The translations under genes and the position numbers were made by a program. Below are positions 27,560-39,877 of a stretch of 64,000 nt of DNA, piece after piece. Position 1 is the stretch's first letter. The number at the start of each line of letters is the position of its first letter. The stretch covers positions 1 through 64,000 of the forward strand of contig OX597835.1 of assembly GCA_951406725.2 (NCBI GenBank), in the 5' to 3' direction. The stretch comes from Octopus vulgaris (taxonomy: Eukaryota). The notes below the pieces were generated by a model that was not told the DNA's origin, searched no databases, and saw nothing but the letters and a program-made list of their open reading frames with translations.

Positions 27560-27805
27560 CAACTACAGTCAATCGAAGATAATGACCAAACTGTCTACTC
27601 TTATCCACCAGTTCCAACACGGTTTAACAAACAAGGAGACAAATTGCTTGACTAGATTTGACTGCAAAGCCAGTAACATCTATGGACTTCCCAAAATCTA
27701 CAAAAGTTGAGCCAAAAACAAAACCTGTAACAAGTTAACTTCTATAGTCATAAATATTCCACACCCGAGAGATCTCCGAATGAGGCCAATTATGGCCGAT
27801 CAAGG
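27560..27805 (+). mobile_element. Penelope-like element RT N-terminal fragment, copy 2
   Basis: Manual translation from 27582 gives MTKLSTLIHQFQHGLTNKETNCLTRFDCKASNIYGLPKIYKS*...PHPRDLRMRPIMA, matching the YGLPK(I/V)HK...RPI motifs of Penelope RTs. Confidence 0.75.
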
Positions 27806-28288
27806 TATGTATATACGGGGTGCTTAACACTCGCAAATCTGAAGTCGCTAAAGGTGCAATAAATTGAACTTCTTTTCATTTAGAAATTAGGGATATACAA
27901 ATGTGGGTATCTTAGAGATGCTTAAAGTGTTTGTTGTAGCTGTAATTGTCGCACACACACAAACGAATAAAAACACACAGAGGCTCACACACACTTACAC
28001 ACAGAAATAAAATCATTCACACATACACAAACACTGAAATGAAAACAGTTACATACCTACACACGCACAAACACACACACACATATAGCAACGAAAAAGA
28101 CACAATTACACATCCAAACTCTCACACACTCACATACGCACAAACACAAACACACAAATGAAAATACAGATACATATTCACACTCAAACACGCGGTCAAA
28201 CACAGAAATTAGAACAGTTACATACGTACACATGCACAAACACACAGACACACACAAATAGAAATGAAAAATACAGTTACACACTCAC

Positions 28289-28419
28289 TAACCCTGAATT
28301 ACATGCCCCTGAAGTACCTGCTCCTCAATTACATGCCCCTTAATTACCTGCCCCTGAATTACCGTCCCATGAATTACGTGCCCCTGAATTACCTGTCCCT
28401 GAATTAAAAGCCCCTGAAT
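28289..28419. repeat. Short 15-bp satellite stub (~9 copies)
   Basis: Same CCCCTGAATTAC monomer as 6172-23795. Confidence 0.92.
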
Positions 28420-28430
28420 GTATGAAAATC

Positions 28431-29840
28431 TATGTATGGACGCATGTGTGAACGAGGCTTGTGTGTATGAACGCATGATGTGTGAACGAAGCTTGTTTGT
28501 ATGGACGAATGATGTGTGAACGAAGCTTGTTTGTATGGACGAATGATGTGTGAACGAGGCTTGTTTGTATGGACGCATGATGTGAACGAGGCATATTTGT
28601 ATGGACGAATGATGTGTGAACGAGGCTTGTTTGTATGGACGCATGATGTGTGAACGAGGCTTGTTTGTATTGACGCATGTGTGAACGAGGCTTGTTTGTA
28701 TAGACACATGACGGGTGAACGAGGCTTGTTTGTATGGACGCATTACGGGTGAACGAGGATTGTTTCTATGGACGCATGACGGGTGAACGAGGATTGTTTG
28801 TATGGACGCATGACGGGTGAACGAGGCTTGTTTGTATAGACGCATGTGTGAACGAGGCTTGTTTGTATAGACGCATGACGGGTGAACGAGGCTTGTTTGT
28901 ATAGACGCATGACGGGTGAACGAGGCTTGTTTGTATAGACGCATGATGTGTGAACGAGGCTTGTTTGTATGGAAGCATGATGTGTGAACGAGGCTTTTTT
29001 GTATGGACGCATGACGTGTAAACGAGGCTTGTTTGTATGGACGCATGACGTGTGAACGAGGCTTGTTTGAATGGACGCATGACGGGTGAACAAGGCTTGT
29101 TTGTATGGACGCATGACGGGTGAACGAGGCTTGTTTGTATGGACGCATGACGGGTGAACGAGGCTTGTTTGTATGGACGCATGACGGGTGAACGAGGCTT
29201 GTTTGTATGGACGCATGATGTGTTAACGAGGCTTGTTTGTATGGACGCATGTGTGAACGAGGCTCGTTTGTATAGACGCATGACGTGTGAACGAGGCTTG
29301 TTTGTATTGACGCATGACGGGTGAACGAGACTTGTTTGTATGGACGCATGACGGGTGAACGAGGATTGTTTGTATGGACGCATGACGGGTGAACGAGGAT
29401 TGTTTGTATGGACGCATGACGGGTGAACGAGGCTTGTTTGTATGGACGCATGACGAGTGAACGAGGCTTGTTTGTATGGACGCATGACGGGTGAACGAGG
29501 CTTGTTTGTATGGACACATGACGGGTGAACGAGGCTTGTTTGTATGGACGCATGACGGGTGAACGAGGCTTGTTTGTATAGACGCATGAAGGGTGAACGA
29601 GGCTTGTTTGTATGGACGCATGACGGGTGAACGAGGCTTGTTTGTGTGCACGCATGATGTGTGAACGAGGCGTGTATGTATGGACGCATGATGTGTGAAC
29701 GAGGCTTGTTTGTATGGACGCATGATGGGTAACCGAGGCTTGTTTGTGTGGACGCATGACGAGTGAACGAGGCTTGTTTGTATGGACGCATGATGTGTGA
29801 ACGAGGCTTGTTTCCATGGACGCATGATGTGTGAACGAGG
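28431..29840. repeat. 34-bp satellite array 2 (~42 copies)
   Basis: Same monomer as array 1. A GACGGGTGA variant dominates ~28700-29630, and some 31-bp deletion units are present. Confidence 0.96.
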
Positions 29841-29901
29841 CTAACCCCAACCCTAACCCCGACCCTGAAACTAACCCTAACCCAACCCAACCCAACCCCA
29901 A
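29841..29901 (-). repeat. Interstitial degenerate telomeric tract (~10 repeats)
   Basis: CTAACCCCAACCCTAACCCCGACCCTGAAACTAACCCTAACCCAACCCAACCCAACCCCA, in the same polarity as the terminal array. Confidence 0.88.
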
Positions 29902-30002
29902 TCGTAATGTAATTACATGTAAGGGAAGTAACTGTGGAAAATCTTGTACCTATTTCCCTTTCTAGAGTCACTTCCCTAGAATATATAATTTAATACATAA
30001 TA

Positions 30003-30337
30003 GGCGCAGCAGTGGTAAGTAGCTTGCTAACCAACCACATAGTTCCGGGTTCAGTCCAATTGCGTGGCATCTTGGGCAAGTGTCTCCTGCTATAGCCCCG
30101 GGCCGACCAATGCCTTGTTAGTGGATTTGGTAGACGGAAACTGAAGGAAGCCTGTCGTATGTATATGTATATGTGTGTGTGTTTGTCCCCCTAGCATCGC
30201 TTGACAACCGATGCTGGTGTATTTAGGTCCCCGTCACTTAGCGGTTCGACAAAAAGAGACCGATAGAATAAGTACTAAAAGGTGGTGCTCCAGCATGGCC
30301 GCAGTCAAATGACTGAAACAAGTAGAAGAGTAAAAGT
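30003..30337 (+). mobile_element. tRNA-derived OK-like SINE, near full length
   Basis: GGCGCAG head, B-box-like GGTTCAGTCC, internal (TA/TG)n tract and (AAGAGTA) tail. Confidence 0.85.
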
Positions 30338-30429
30338 AATTTAATTAGATATAATGGAACTCGGGAAGATTTTAGAGTTATCTTCCTTCGTATAGTTACT
30401 TACCTTCACGTTATAAGTTAATAATAATA

Positions 30430-30927
30430 TAGAAGGGGAGTAACTCTAGAAAGGGAGATAACTAAAAAATCTTTCAGAGTCACCTCCCTTACATCTAATT
30501 AAATAACTATTATGTATTATTAAATTGTAAAGTTCAATGGGGGATAACTTTAAAAATCTTCAAAAGTTACCTCCCTTACATTTAAATACATGACTATTAT
30601 CAAAATGTATTATGGAAGCTAATTAACTCTACAATATAATGTTCAGATGTACCGCATACACTTTTACTCTTTTCCTTGTTTAGTCATTTCACTGTGCCAC
30701 TGCTAGAGCACAGCCTTTTCTAGAGCAAATCGACACTAGGACTTTTATCTACGTCAGTCTAGTATTTATTCTGTTGGTCTTCTTTTCCCGAACGGATAAG
30801 TTAATGGAGTGTAAAAAACACCGGCATTGGTTGTCAAGCGGTTTTGGGGACACCGAAACATACACACATATACATATATATAAATATCTATATGTATATA
30901 CATGTTTCTCTCTCTATATATATATAT
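30430..30927. repeat. Paralog of the telomere-adjacent sequence 1396-1898 (106-bp repeat remnants plus SINE fragment)
   Basis: Colinear from AAGGGGAGTAACTCTAGAAAGGGAG through to the (TA)n tract before the LINE. Confidence 0.9.
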
Positions 30928-32640
30928 TGCAAAAACAATACTGCTGTCTTTAGTGTTCCCACTGATATTGACGTAAGAGAAGCGAACGAAGTTGACTCCC
31001 AACACAAAATTGCAGACAACCTTCACTCCCACTGACATCGTAGCAGCAATAAATGAGGTCAAATACTACTCTGCTGTAGGCCCTGATAGGATTCCCCGTT
31101 AGTCTCCTGAAGGAATGTAAACACCAACTTGCAGTCCCACTGACCAACCTCTGGAGAAATTCGTTACATGCAGGTTATATACCAAAACAGTTTCTATCCC
31201 AGTCAGTCATCCCGGTTTTCAAACAGGGAAACAGATCCCTCGCACTCAACTATCGCCCAATCTCACTCACCTCCCACATCATCAAAGTGTTTGAAAGAGT
31301 GTTAAGATCAAGGATGGCTGACTTCCTGGAGACCCACAAACTCCTAAATGCAAAACAGCATGGCTTTCGCTGTGGCAGGGACTGTCTAACACAGCTCTTA
31401 CACCACATTGAAGTTCTACACTGGATCAAGTATTTCCTGGCGAATACAACACATGTTGTAGTTGATGGAGTCCACTCAAGCCCAGCAAAAGTCACCACCA
31501 GCGGTGACCCCCAGGGGACTGTCTTGGGTCCGCTACTCTTCATAATCTACATAAACGACCTTTCCAGTGTCGTACATTACTGCAAAGTGAAAATATTTGC
31601 TGATGACACCAAGCTCCAGTAAATCGTCAATGAAGAAGCAGACCGAACTCAACTCCAGTCTGATCTATATGCTGTGAGTCAATGGGCAAACAGAAACAAA
31701 ATACAACTAAACGAGGGAAAATTTGAGCTGATGCATTTTGGAAGAAACTCCTCACTAAAACAGCCATACTCTCTTCCTTCAGGGGAACCGCTCACAGACT
31801 CTAACAATATCAGAGAACTGGGTGTAATTGTTGATGACCATCACAGTTGGAGTGCACACATCAACAAGAAGGTCGATATAGCTCGTAGGATGAGTTCCTG
31901 GATCTTAAGAACTTTCCGGTCCAGAGAACAAGGTGTCATCATACCACTTTTTTCCTCCTTTGTACGGCCACACCTTGAATACTGCTGCCCACTGTGGTCT
32001 CCTCAAACAAGACTAAACATCTCCAGAATTGAGTCACCCCAGAGGGCACTCACTAAACGAATTGAAGGCATGGCTGCTCTCGATTACTGGGATTGCCTTA
32101 AAGCCTTGAAACTTTACTCCCTCCAGCGTGAGCGGTACATCATTTGTACGATGTGGAAAATATACCGCCAACTATGCCCAAACGACCTAAACATTAGCTT
32201 CAAGGTTCATCCAAGACTTGGACCACGGGCTATACGTCCCCTGCCCAATTCAAGATCACAACATACATGTACACTGCAACATAATTTCTTTTCCTCAACA
32301 GGCCCTGCCCTATTTAACATTGTCCCGAGAGAGATCAAAGAGGAAAAGGATCCCATCAATTTTAAACAGAGTCTGGATAGATTCCTTCAAAGAATACCAG
32401 ATAAGCCACCCATAATTGGATACAAGTCACCCAACAAGAACTCACTACTTGAACAAAACTGGATACAACTCACCCAACAAGAACTCACTACTTGAACAAA
32501 ACTGGATACAACTCACCCAACAAGAACTCACTACTTGAACAAAATTTGACTTAAACAGGATTCGAATAATCCTATCAGGTGGTGCTATTAAGTTAGACAT
32601 GTCCTGGACCAATCTTTGGTCGAAACATATCTAAGTTTAT
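30928..32640 (+). mobile_element. 5'-truncated CR1/L2-type LINE (RT, C-terminus and 3' UTR), pseudogenised
   Basis: GDPQGTVLGP, FADDTK, RPHLEYCCPLWSP. Carries a ~130-bp internal deletion at ~31411, a stop at ~31620 and a 3' hairpin GACCAATCTTTGGTC. Confidence 0.93.
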
Positions 32641-34287
32641 ATATATCTGATATATCTTTATAAATATATATATATATATATATACCAATCTATCTTCTTC
32701 GAGCACATCGTCAGCAGCACTTATTCTTTCTAAGCCTAGTATTTATTCTGACTTATTCTTTTCTGCCGAGCCGCTGAAATACAGGGCGAAAAACACACCA
32801 GCATCGTTTGAAAAATCTACTATAGCCCCGAGCCGACCAAAGCCTTGTGATTGGATTTGGTGGAAGGAAACTGGAAAACTCCAGTCATATATATGTTTAT
32901 GTGTGCGTGTGTGTCTTTGTTCCCAAACATTGCTACACAACGGATATTAGTCTGTTTACGTCCCCATAACTTAGAGGATCAGCGAAAGAGACTGATAGAA
33001 TAAGCACTAGGCCTACAATGAATAAGTCCTGGGGTCGGTATGCTCGACTAAAGGTCGTGCTCCAACATGGCCACAGTCAAATGACTGAAACAAATGAGAG
33101 TAAAAGAGTAAATAACGAGAAAAGTCCATGTTCACTAGGGAGATAGCAGAAAATATCTCCTAGAGTTACTTCCCTAACGTCATATAATACGTTTCATGTT
33201 GTAATATCTGTAATAAAGTAATAATGACACTCGAAGGGCACACGAGAATGCATTCACGTACTATCACACATGTAGATGCAAGTTTTCTTAATAAAACGGA
33301 AAGAACTCACATTCCATGCCTTAGCTTCTTTTTTGTTTTAGACACTACATATACGTGCGTGGGTATATACACGTATATCTGTATGTGTATGTCTGGGTAA
33401 AACAGACATTCGCGGTTGGGTCACAACCGATGCGGCAACCTTGGGTAGGTGTGGACTGTGCTCACACACGAACAAATACCCACACTTCCGCACTCATGCA
33501 CATAGATACATGCAAAGCTATTTTATGTTTTCAATAAGTTGTGCCCTTCGAGTGCGAACAAACGCACACACACACACACACGCACACATTTAAACATATA
33601 TACGATGGTATTTTATCAGTTTCCTTCCACTAAATCCAATCACAAGGATTAGGTCGGCCTTGGGGTACAATAGTGTTTGTTGTAGCTGTAATTGTCGCAC
33701 AAACAAACGAATAAAAACACAGTCGCTCACACACACGTACACACAAAAATAAAAACATTCACACAAACACAGACACTTAAATGAAAATAGCAACACACAC
33801 ACATATAAAAAGTCCCACGCACACAAACACTGAAAAAAAAATTCTCACAAAAACACTCACATACACACAAAGACAAACACAAATAAAAATACAGATACAT
33901 ATTCACACACTCAAACACGCGGACAAACACAGAAATGAAAACAGTTACATACCTACACATGCACAAACACAGACACACACAAATACAAATGGAAAATACG
34001 GTAACACATCCAAACTCTCACACACTAACATACGCACAAACACACACACAAACATAAGCACCCACACACAGAAATGAAAACGCAGTTACACACTCACACA
34101 TAAAACCCTAACCGTAACTAGCACAAACATACAATTTATTCAGAATGTAGAGGGGCATTGGGTGCTTTGCACTCGCAGTTAGAATATCAACTCCCTCCAC
34201 GCCTATATTAGAATTTCTGTCATCCACTTGTGAAATTAATACATTGACGACACATGGGAAAAATATGAGCAACATCTGAAGCCACTA

Positions 34288-35015
34288 AAGGTGCAATAAA
34301 TTGAACTTATTTTGATTTAGTATTTAGTGATCTCAAAAGTGGATATCTTACAAATGGTCAAAGTGTTTGTTGTAGTTGTAAGTGTCGCACACACACAAAC
34401 AAATAGAAACACTCAGTCGCTCACACACTCGCGCACACAGAAATAAAAACACTCTCACACACAAACACTGAAATGAAAATACCCACACTCACATAAATAA
34501 AAACAGTCCCACACACACAAGGAGCCCCAATAGGTATATCAAAAAAGTTTCTAGTATTTTTCCTAGCCCATAATTTATGATAATTGAAATTCTTACAATG
34601 AATAAATACCTACTAAATCAGTATATCGAACATTACGTCCCCGTAACTTATCGGTTCTGCAAAAGAGACCTATACATTAAGTAATAGGCATACAAAGAAT
34701 AATTCCTGGGGTTGATTTGCTTCACTAAAGGCAGTGCTCCACAATGGTCACAGTGAAATAACTGAAACAGTCTAAGGGAGATAACTACAAAGTATCTTCT
34801 ACAGTTACTTCCCTTGAATATTATAATTTAACAATAAAAAAAATATGAAGGGAGATTAACTCGCGGAAGGGAGATAACTACATAACATCTTCCAGAGTTA
34901 CTTTCCTTACATACAATTATATTACTTTTAATAAATTATAATGAGCAAGAGGAAGTAACTTTCGAATATATTATTCAGACATGGCAATATATATATATAG
35001 ATATATATATGTATG

Positions 35016-35074
<59 letters not shown>

Positions 35075-36134
35075 CACCTATCTATATACCACGGGCTACT
35101 TTCTGTTTCGGTGTACCAAATCTACTCAGAAACGTTGGTCTGTCCGAGGCTATATTGGAAGACACTTGCCCATGGGGCCACATAGTTGGACAGAACCAGA
35201 AACACCGTGTTTGGAAAGCAAGCTACATAGCCACTCTTACTGCTTATATATATATATATATATATATATACATACGACAGTCTTCTTTTAGTTTCCGTCT
35301 CCCAAATCCACTCACAAGGCTTTGAGCGTCCCGAGACTATAGTAGAAGACATTTGCCCAACATGCCACCCAGTGGGACTGAACACGGAAACATTTGTTAG
35401 GTAAGCAAGCTAATTCCCATTCAGACACTACTGTTTGGTAACCGGACAAGTTCAAGGCGAGAATTAATTGTTTGTATGCAAATGAGTTCATTAATGTGGT
35501 CCGGAACTTTCATGGCTGGTTCTTATGAGACAATGCAACCAGCTTGGGTATAGGTGGACTGTGCTCACACACGCACAAACTCTCACACGTCCACACCCAC
35601 GAATATAGATACATGCAAAGACGCAATCTCGTACCTATTTATGTTTTAAATATGTTGACCTTAAAACTGAGACATTCTGGAAACACACGTCCGCACCCAG
35701 GCACAAAGATACATCCATATACGCAAACTCGTAGCTATTTATGTTTTAAACATGTTGACCTTTAAACCGTGACATTCTGTGTCTGTTTGTGCTCGCATTT
35801 CAGCGAGAATGATTGCTCACGAACCGCAATGTGCTGAGTTCAAACCAACAGCGTTGCACCTTTGGCAAGTGTATTCGACTATAGCCTAGGGCCGACCAAT
35901 GTTTTCTGAGTGGAGTTTGTAGAGGGAAACTGAAATAGCCGTCGTATACATGAATATCGACGTATGAATGGCTATGTTGTAAGTAGTTTGCTTACGAACC
36001 ACATGGTTTCGGGTTCATTCCGACTGCCTGTCATCTTCTGCAATTGTCTACTATTGTAGCCCAGGGCCTAGCTAATCCTTGTGATGGGATTTAGTGGAAC
36101 AAAACTGACAGAATCTCGTCGTACATATATTTAA

Positions 36135-36171
<37 letters not shown>

Positions 36172-36363
36172 TTTGCACTCGAAGGGCACACGAGAATGCA
36201 CGCACGCACGTACTATCACACATACAGATGCAAGTTTTCTTAATAAAACGGAAAGAACTCCCATTCCATCCCTTACAGTTTCTTTTTGTTTTAGATACTA
36301 CATTTACGTGTGTGGGTATATACACGTATATCTGTATGTGTATATATATATATATATATATAA

Positions 36364-36414
<51 letters not shown>

Positions 36415-37325
36415 TATATAAATATATATATATACATATATATATATATACGACGCAATATACGACATATAAATACACAAACACATACATGTGTGTGTGT
36501 GTGTGTGTGTGCGTGTATATATATAAATGTGCAATAAATTAAACTTATTTTGATTTAGTATTTAGTGATCTCAAATGTGGGTATCTTACAAATGGTCAAA
36601 GTGTTTGTTGTAGTTGTAAGTGTCGCACACACACAAACAAATAGAAACACTCAGTCGCTCACACACTCGCGCATGCAGAAATAAAAACACTCTCACACAC
36701 AAACACTGAAATTAAAATACCCACACTCACATAAATAAAAACAGTCCCACACACACAAGGAGCCCCAATAGGTATATCAAAAAAGTTTCTAGTATTTTTC
36801 CTAGCCCATAATTTATGATAATTGAAGTTCTTACAATAAATAAATACCTACTAAATCAGTATATCGAACATTACGTCCCCGTAACTTTTCGGTTCTGCAA
36901 AAGAGACCTATGCATTAAGTAATAGGCATACAAAGAATAATTCCTGGGGTTGATTTGCTTCACTAAAGGCGGTGCTCCACCATGGTCACAGTGAAATAAC
37001 TGAAATAGTCTAAGAGCGACAAAGTGTATATTACGATAACTACATACTTAAGGGAGATAACTACAAAGTATCTTCTACAGTTACTTCTCTTGAATATTAT
37101 AATTTAACAATAAAAAAATATGAAGGGAAATTAACTCTCGGAAGGGAGATAACTAGATAACATCTTCCAGAGTTACTTTCCTTACATATAATTATATTAC
37201 TTTTAATAAATTATAATGAGCAAGATAACTGCTCTCTCTAGTGAGTCGGATGTCCCATTATGGCCATCCCATATATGTTTAAATATCTATATGTATATAC
37301 ATATATCTATCAATATATACCTATG

Positions 37326-37381
<56 letters not shown>

Positions 37382-37456
37382 TATACTTTATTTTAAGCAG
37401 CAGAAAATTCAGTACTCTTTTTTCCACCTTGTTTCACATTTATGTGTTTACTCCGG

Positions 37457-37487
<31 letters not shown>

Positions 37488-37651
37488 ATCTATATACCAC
37501 GGGCTACTTTCTGTTTCGGTGTACAAAATCTACTCAGAAACGTTGGTCTGTCTGAGGCTATATTGGAAGACACTTGCCCATGGGGCCACGCAGTTGGACT
37601 GAACCAGAAACACCGTGTTTGGAAAGCAAGCTACATAGCCACTCTTACTGC

Positions 37652-37699
<48 letters not shown>

Positions 37700-38250
37700 C
37701 GACAGTCTTTTTTTAGTTTCCGTCTCCCAAATCCACTCACAAGGCTTTGGCTCGTCCCGAGACTATAGTAGAAGACATTTGCCCAACATGCCACCCAGTG
37801 GGACTGAACTCGGAAACATTTGTTAGGTAAGCAAGCTAATTCCCATTCAGACACTACTGTTTGTTAACCGGACAAGTTCAAGTCGAACCCTAATTGTTTG
37901 TATGCAAATGCGTTCATTAATGTGGTCCGGAACTTTCACGGCTGTTTCTTATGAGACGATGCAACCAGCTTGGGTATAGGTGGACTGTGCTCACACACGC
38001 ACAAACACTCACACGTCCACACCCACGAATATAGATACATGCAAAGACGCAATCTCGTACCTATTTATGTTTTAAATATGTTGACTTTAAAACTGAGACA
38101 TTCTGAAAACACGTCCGCACTCATGCACATAGATACATGCATATACACAAACTCGTAGCTATTTATGTTTTAAACATGTTGACCTTTAAACCATGACATT
38201 CTGTGTCTGTTTGTGCACGCATTTCTGTGAGAATGATTGATCACGAACGG
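34288..38250. repeat. Two head-to-tail subtelomeric modules (D 34288-36526, E 36527-38250)
   Basis: Paired ORFs 34981/37260 and 35544/37970. Both modules are colinear with 3246-5624. Confidence 0.85.
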
Positions 38251-38345
38251 TAAATTTTGGAGTCAATCCGACGGGATGTAGTGGTCTTTAAACCGTTCCA
38301 GACAAACAAACAAACAAACTTTTCGCATTTCAGTTTTATAAATAG

Positions 38346-38350
<5 letters not shown>
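38240..38350 (-). mobile_element. Possible non-autonomous Helitron-like 5' end
   Basis: Minus strand reads TCTATTTATAAAACTGAAATG...GTTTGTTTGTTTGTCTG...CGGATTGACTCCAAAATTT, similar in layout to invertebrate Helitron 5' termini. Confidence 0.4.
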
Positions 38351-38391
<41 letters not shown>

Positions 38392-38395
38392 TGCT

Positions 38396-38566
38396 AGGCG
38401 TAGGAGCGGCTTTGTGATAAGTAGCTTGCTTACGAACCACTGTGTTCTGGGTTCAGTCCCACTGCGTGGAACCTTGGACAAGTGTCTTCAACTATAGCCT
38501 CGGGGTGACCAAAGCCTTGTGAATAGATTTCGTAGACGGAAACTAAATGAAGCCCATCGTGTGTGT

Positions 38567-38601
<35 letters not shown>

Positions 38602-38836
38602 CATACATACATATATATATATATACATACATACATATATATATATACATATACGTTTGTATGCCTCTTTATCCATCGAACAGTGCTTGACAAACGATGC
38701 TGCTGTTTTCACGCACCCGTAACTGAACGGTTCGGCAAAAGAGAATAGGTCCTGGGCTCTATTTCTTTGACTGAAGGCGGTGCTCCAACATGGCCGCAGT
38801 CAAATAACTGAAAGTAGCAAAAGTGAGTGAAAGAGT
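38396..38836 (+). mobile_element. tRNA-derived OK-like SINE
   Basis: GGCGTAGGAGCGGC head, GGTTCAGTCCC B box, central microsatellite and GAGTGAAAGAGTA tail. Confidence 0.85.
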
Positions 38837-38931
38837 AATTAGCGAAAACAGTGTATATTCTGTTGTGTCTGGGGATAGTCTTTCTCTTTTAGTGCCTTAT
38901 TATTAAATACACACTCACCAGTAAAAATTCA

Positions 38932-39391
38932 AGGAGTGATATTAGTAGAGGCCAGAGCCCATGGAGAACTAGCCCGTAGATTTAGAAAAGCTCTGAAAGA
39001 GACCAAACTCAACATTAAAATTGTTGAAAAGCCAAGGAACTCCGTCAGGTCACAATTATGAAGGACATGCCCGTTTAAGAATACCATATGCACAATTGAT
39101 AACTGCATGGCATGTAGAATTAGCCCTGGTATTAACTGTAGAACTCGAAATGTAGTTTACAATATAAGATGCATAGAAGGTGCTTGTAAGGACATGAACA
39201 TGATGTACATAGAAGAGACGTCTAAGAGCATTGCGGAACGGATAAATGAACATTTAAGACAACTTGACGACAGAAAACAGTCTTCTATACTCTACCAACA
39301 TGCCAAAGACCACCATGGAGATAACTTGGATCAACCTGACATCCGCATCTTATCCAAGCACCCAGCCCCCATCCCTGCTTTTCAATGCTAA
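38932..39391 (+). mobile_element. Penelope-like element 3' fragment with a degenerate GIY-YIG endonuclease
   Basis: ORF 39107..39391 contains CRTRNVVYNIRC...MYIEETSKSIAERINEH...HAKDHH, the VVY...YIGET...R..EH pattern. Confidence 0.82.
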
Positions 39392-39877
39392 ACCCGATAT
39401 AAAACAGTCATCAACACTATAAATAAACCTGTTCAATCTCTACTCTCCTCATCACCCCAAATCCCAACCTCTAGTTCAAACTTTGATCTCTTACTTGACT
39501 ATTCTCTCTAAAAACCCTTCACAAATCCTCAAGCTGACCCTAATATAGACTAAACTCTGAAAACCAATCCTAACAGTAAACCCACACCAAAATAAGAAAG
39601 ACCACTTACCTTTGGCCATTTGGGATCTATAATACAAGGCATGATATGCAAACAACAAGCAAAATATCAACCAACATTTGAAAGTCAAGTTTTATCTGTG
39701 TCGAATCATGATATACACTTGTTTAATAAATACAGTTGTCCTTACATTTACACAGTACATTGCTTCCACAAGTCATCAAACTAATCATTCTGATGCGAAA
39801 TCAATTGTTTTTATTTATAAATAGAAACAAATTAATTATTGAAATTAATATAAGAAATACAATTAACGTGTATGTGT

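Noticed and set aside
28431-29840. 34-bp repeats as a CRISPR array
   Set aside because: No unique spacers, no cas genes and a eukaryotic context.
28288-29971. 537-aa and 401-aa ORFs
   Set aside because: All three minus frames give the same permuted peptide because the 34-bp monomer lacks stops. One ORF starts inside telomeric repeats.
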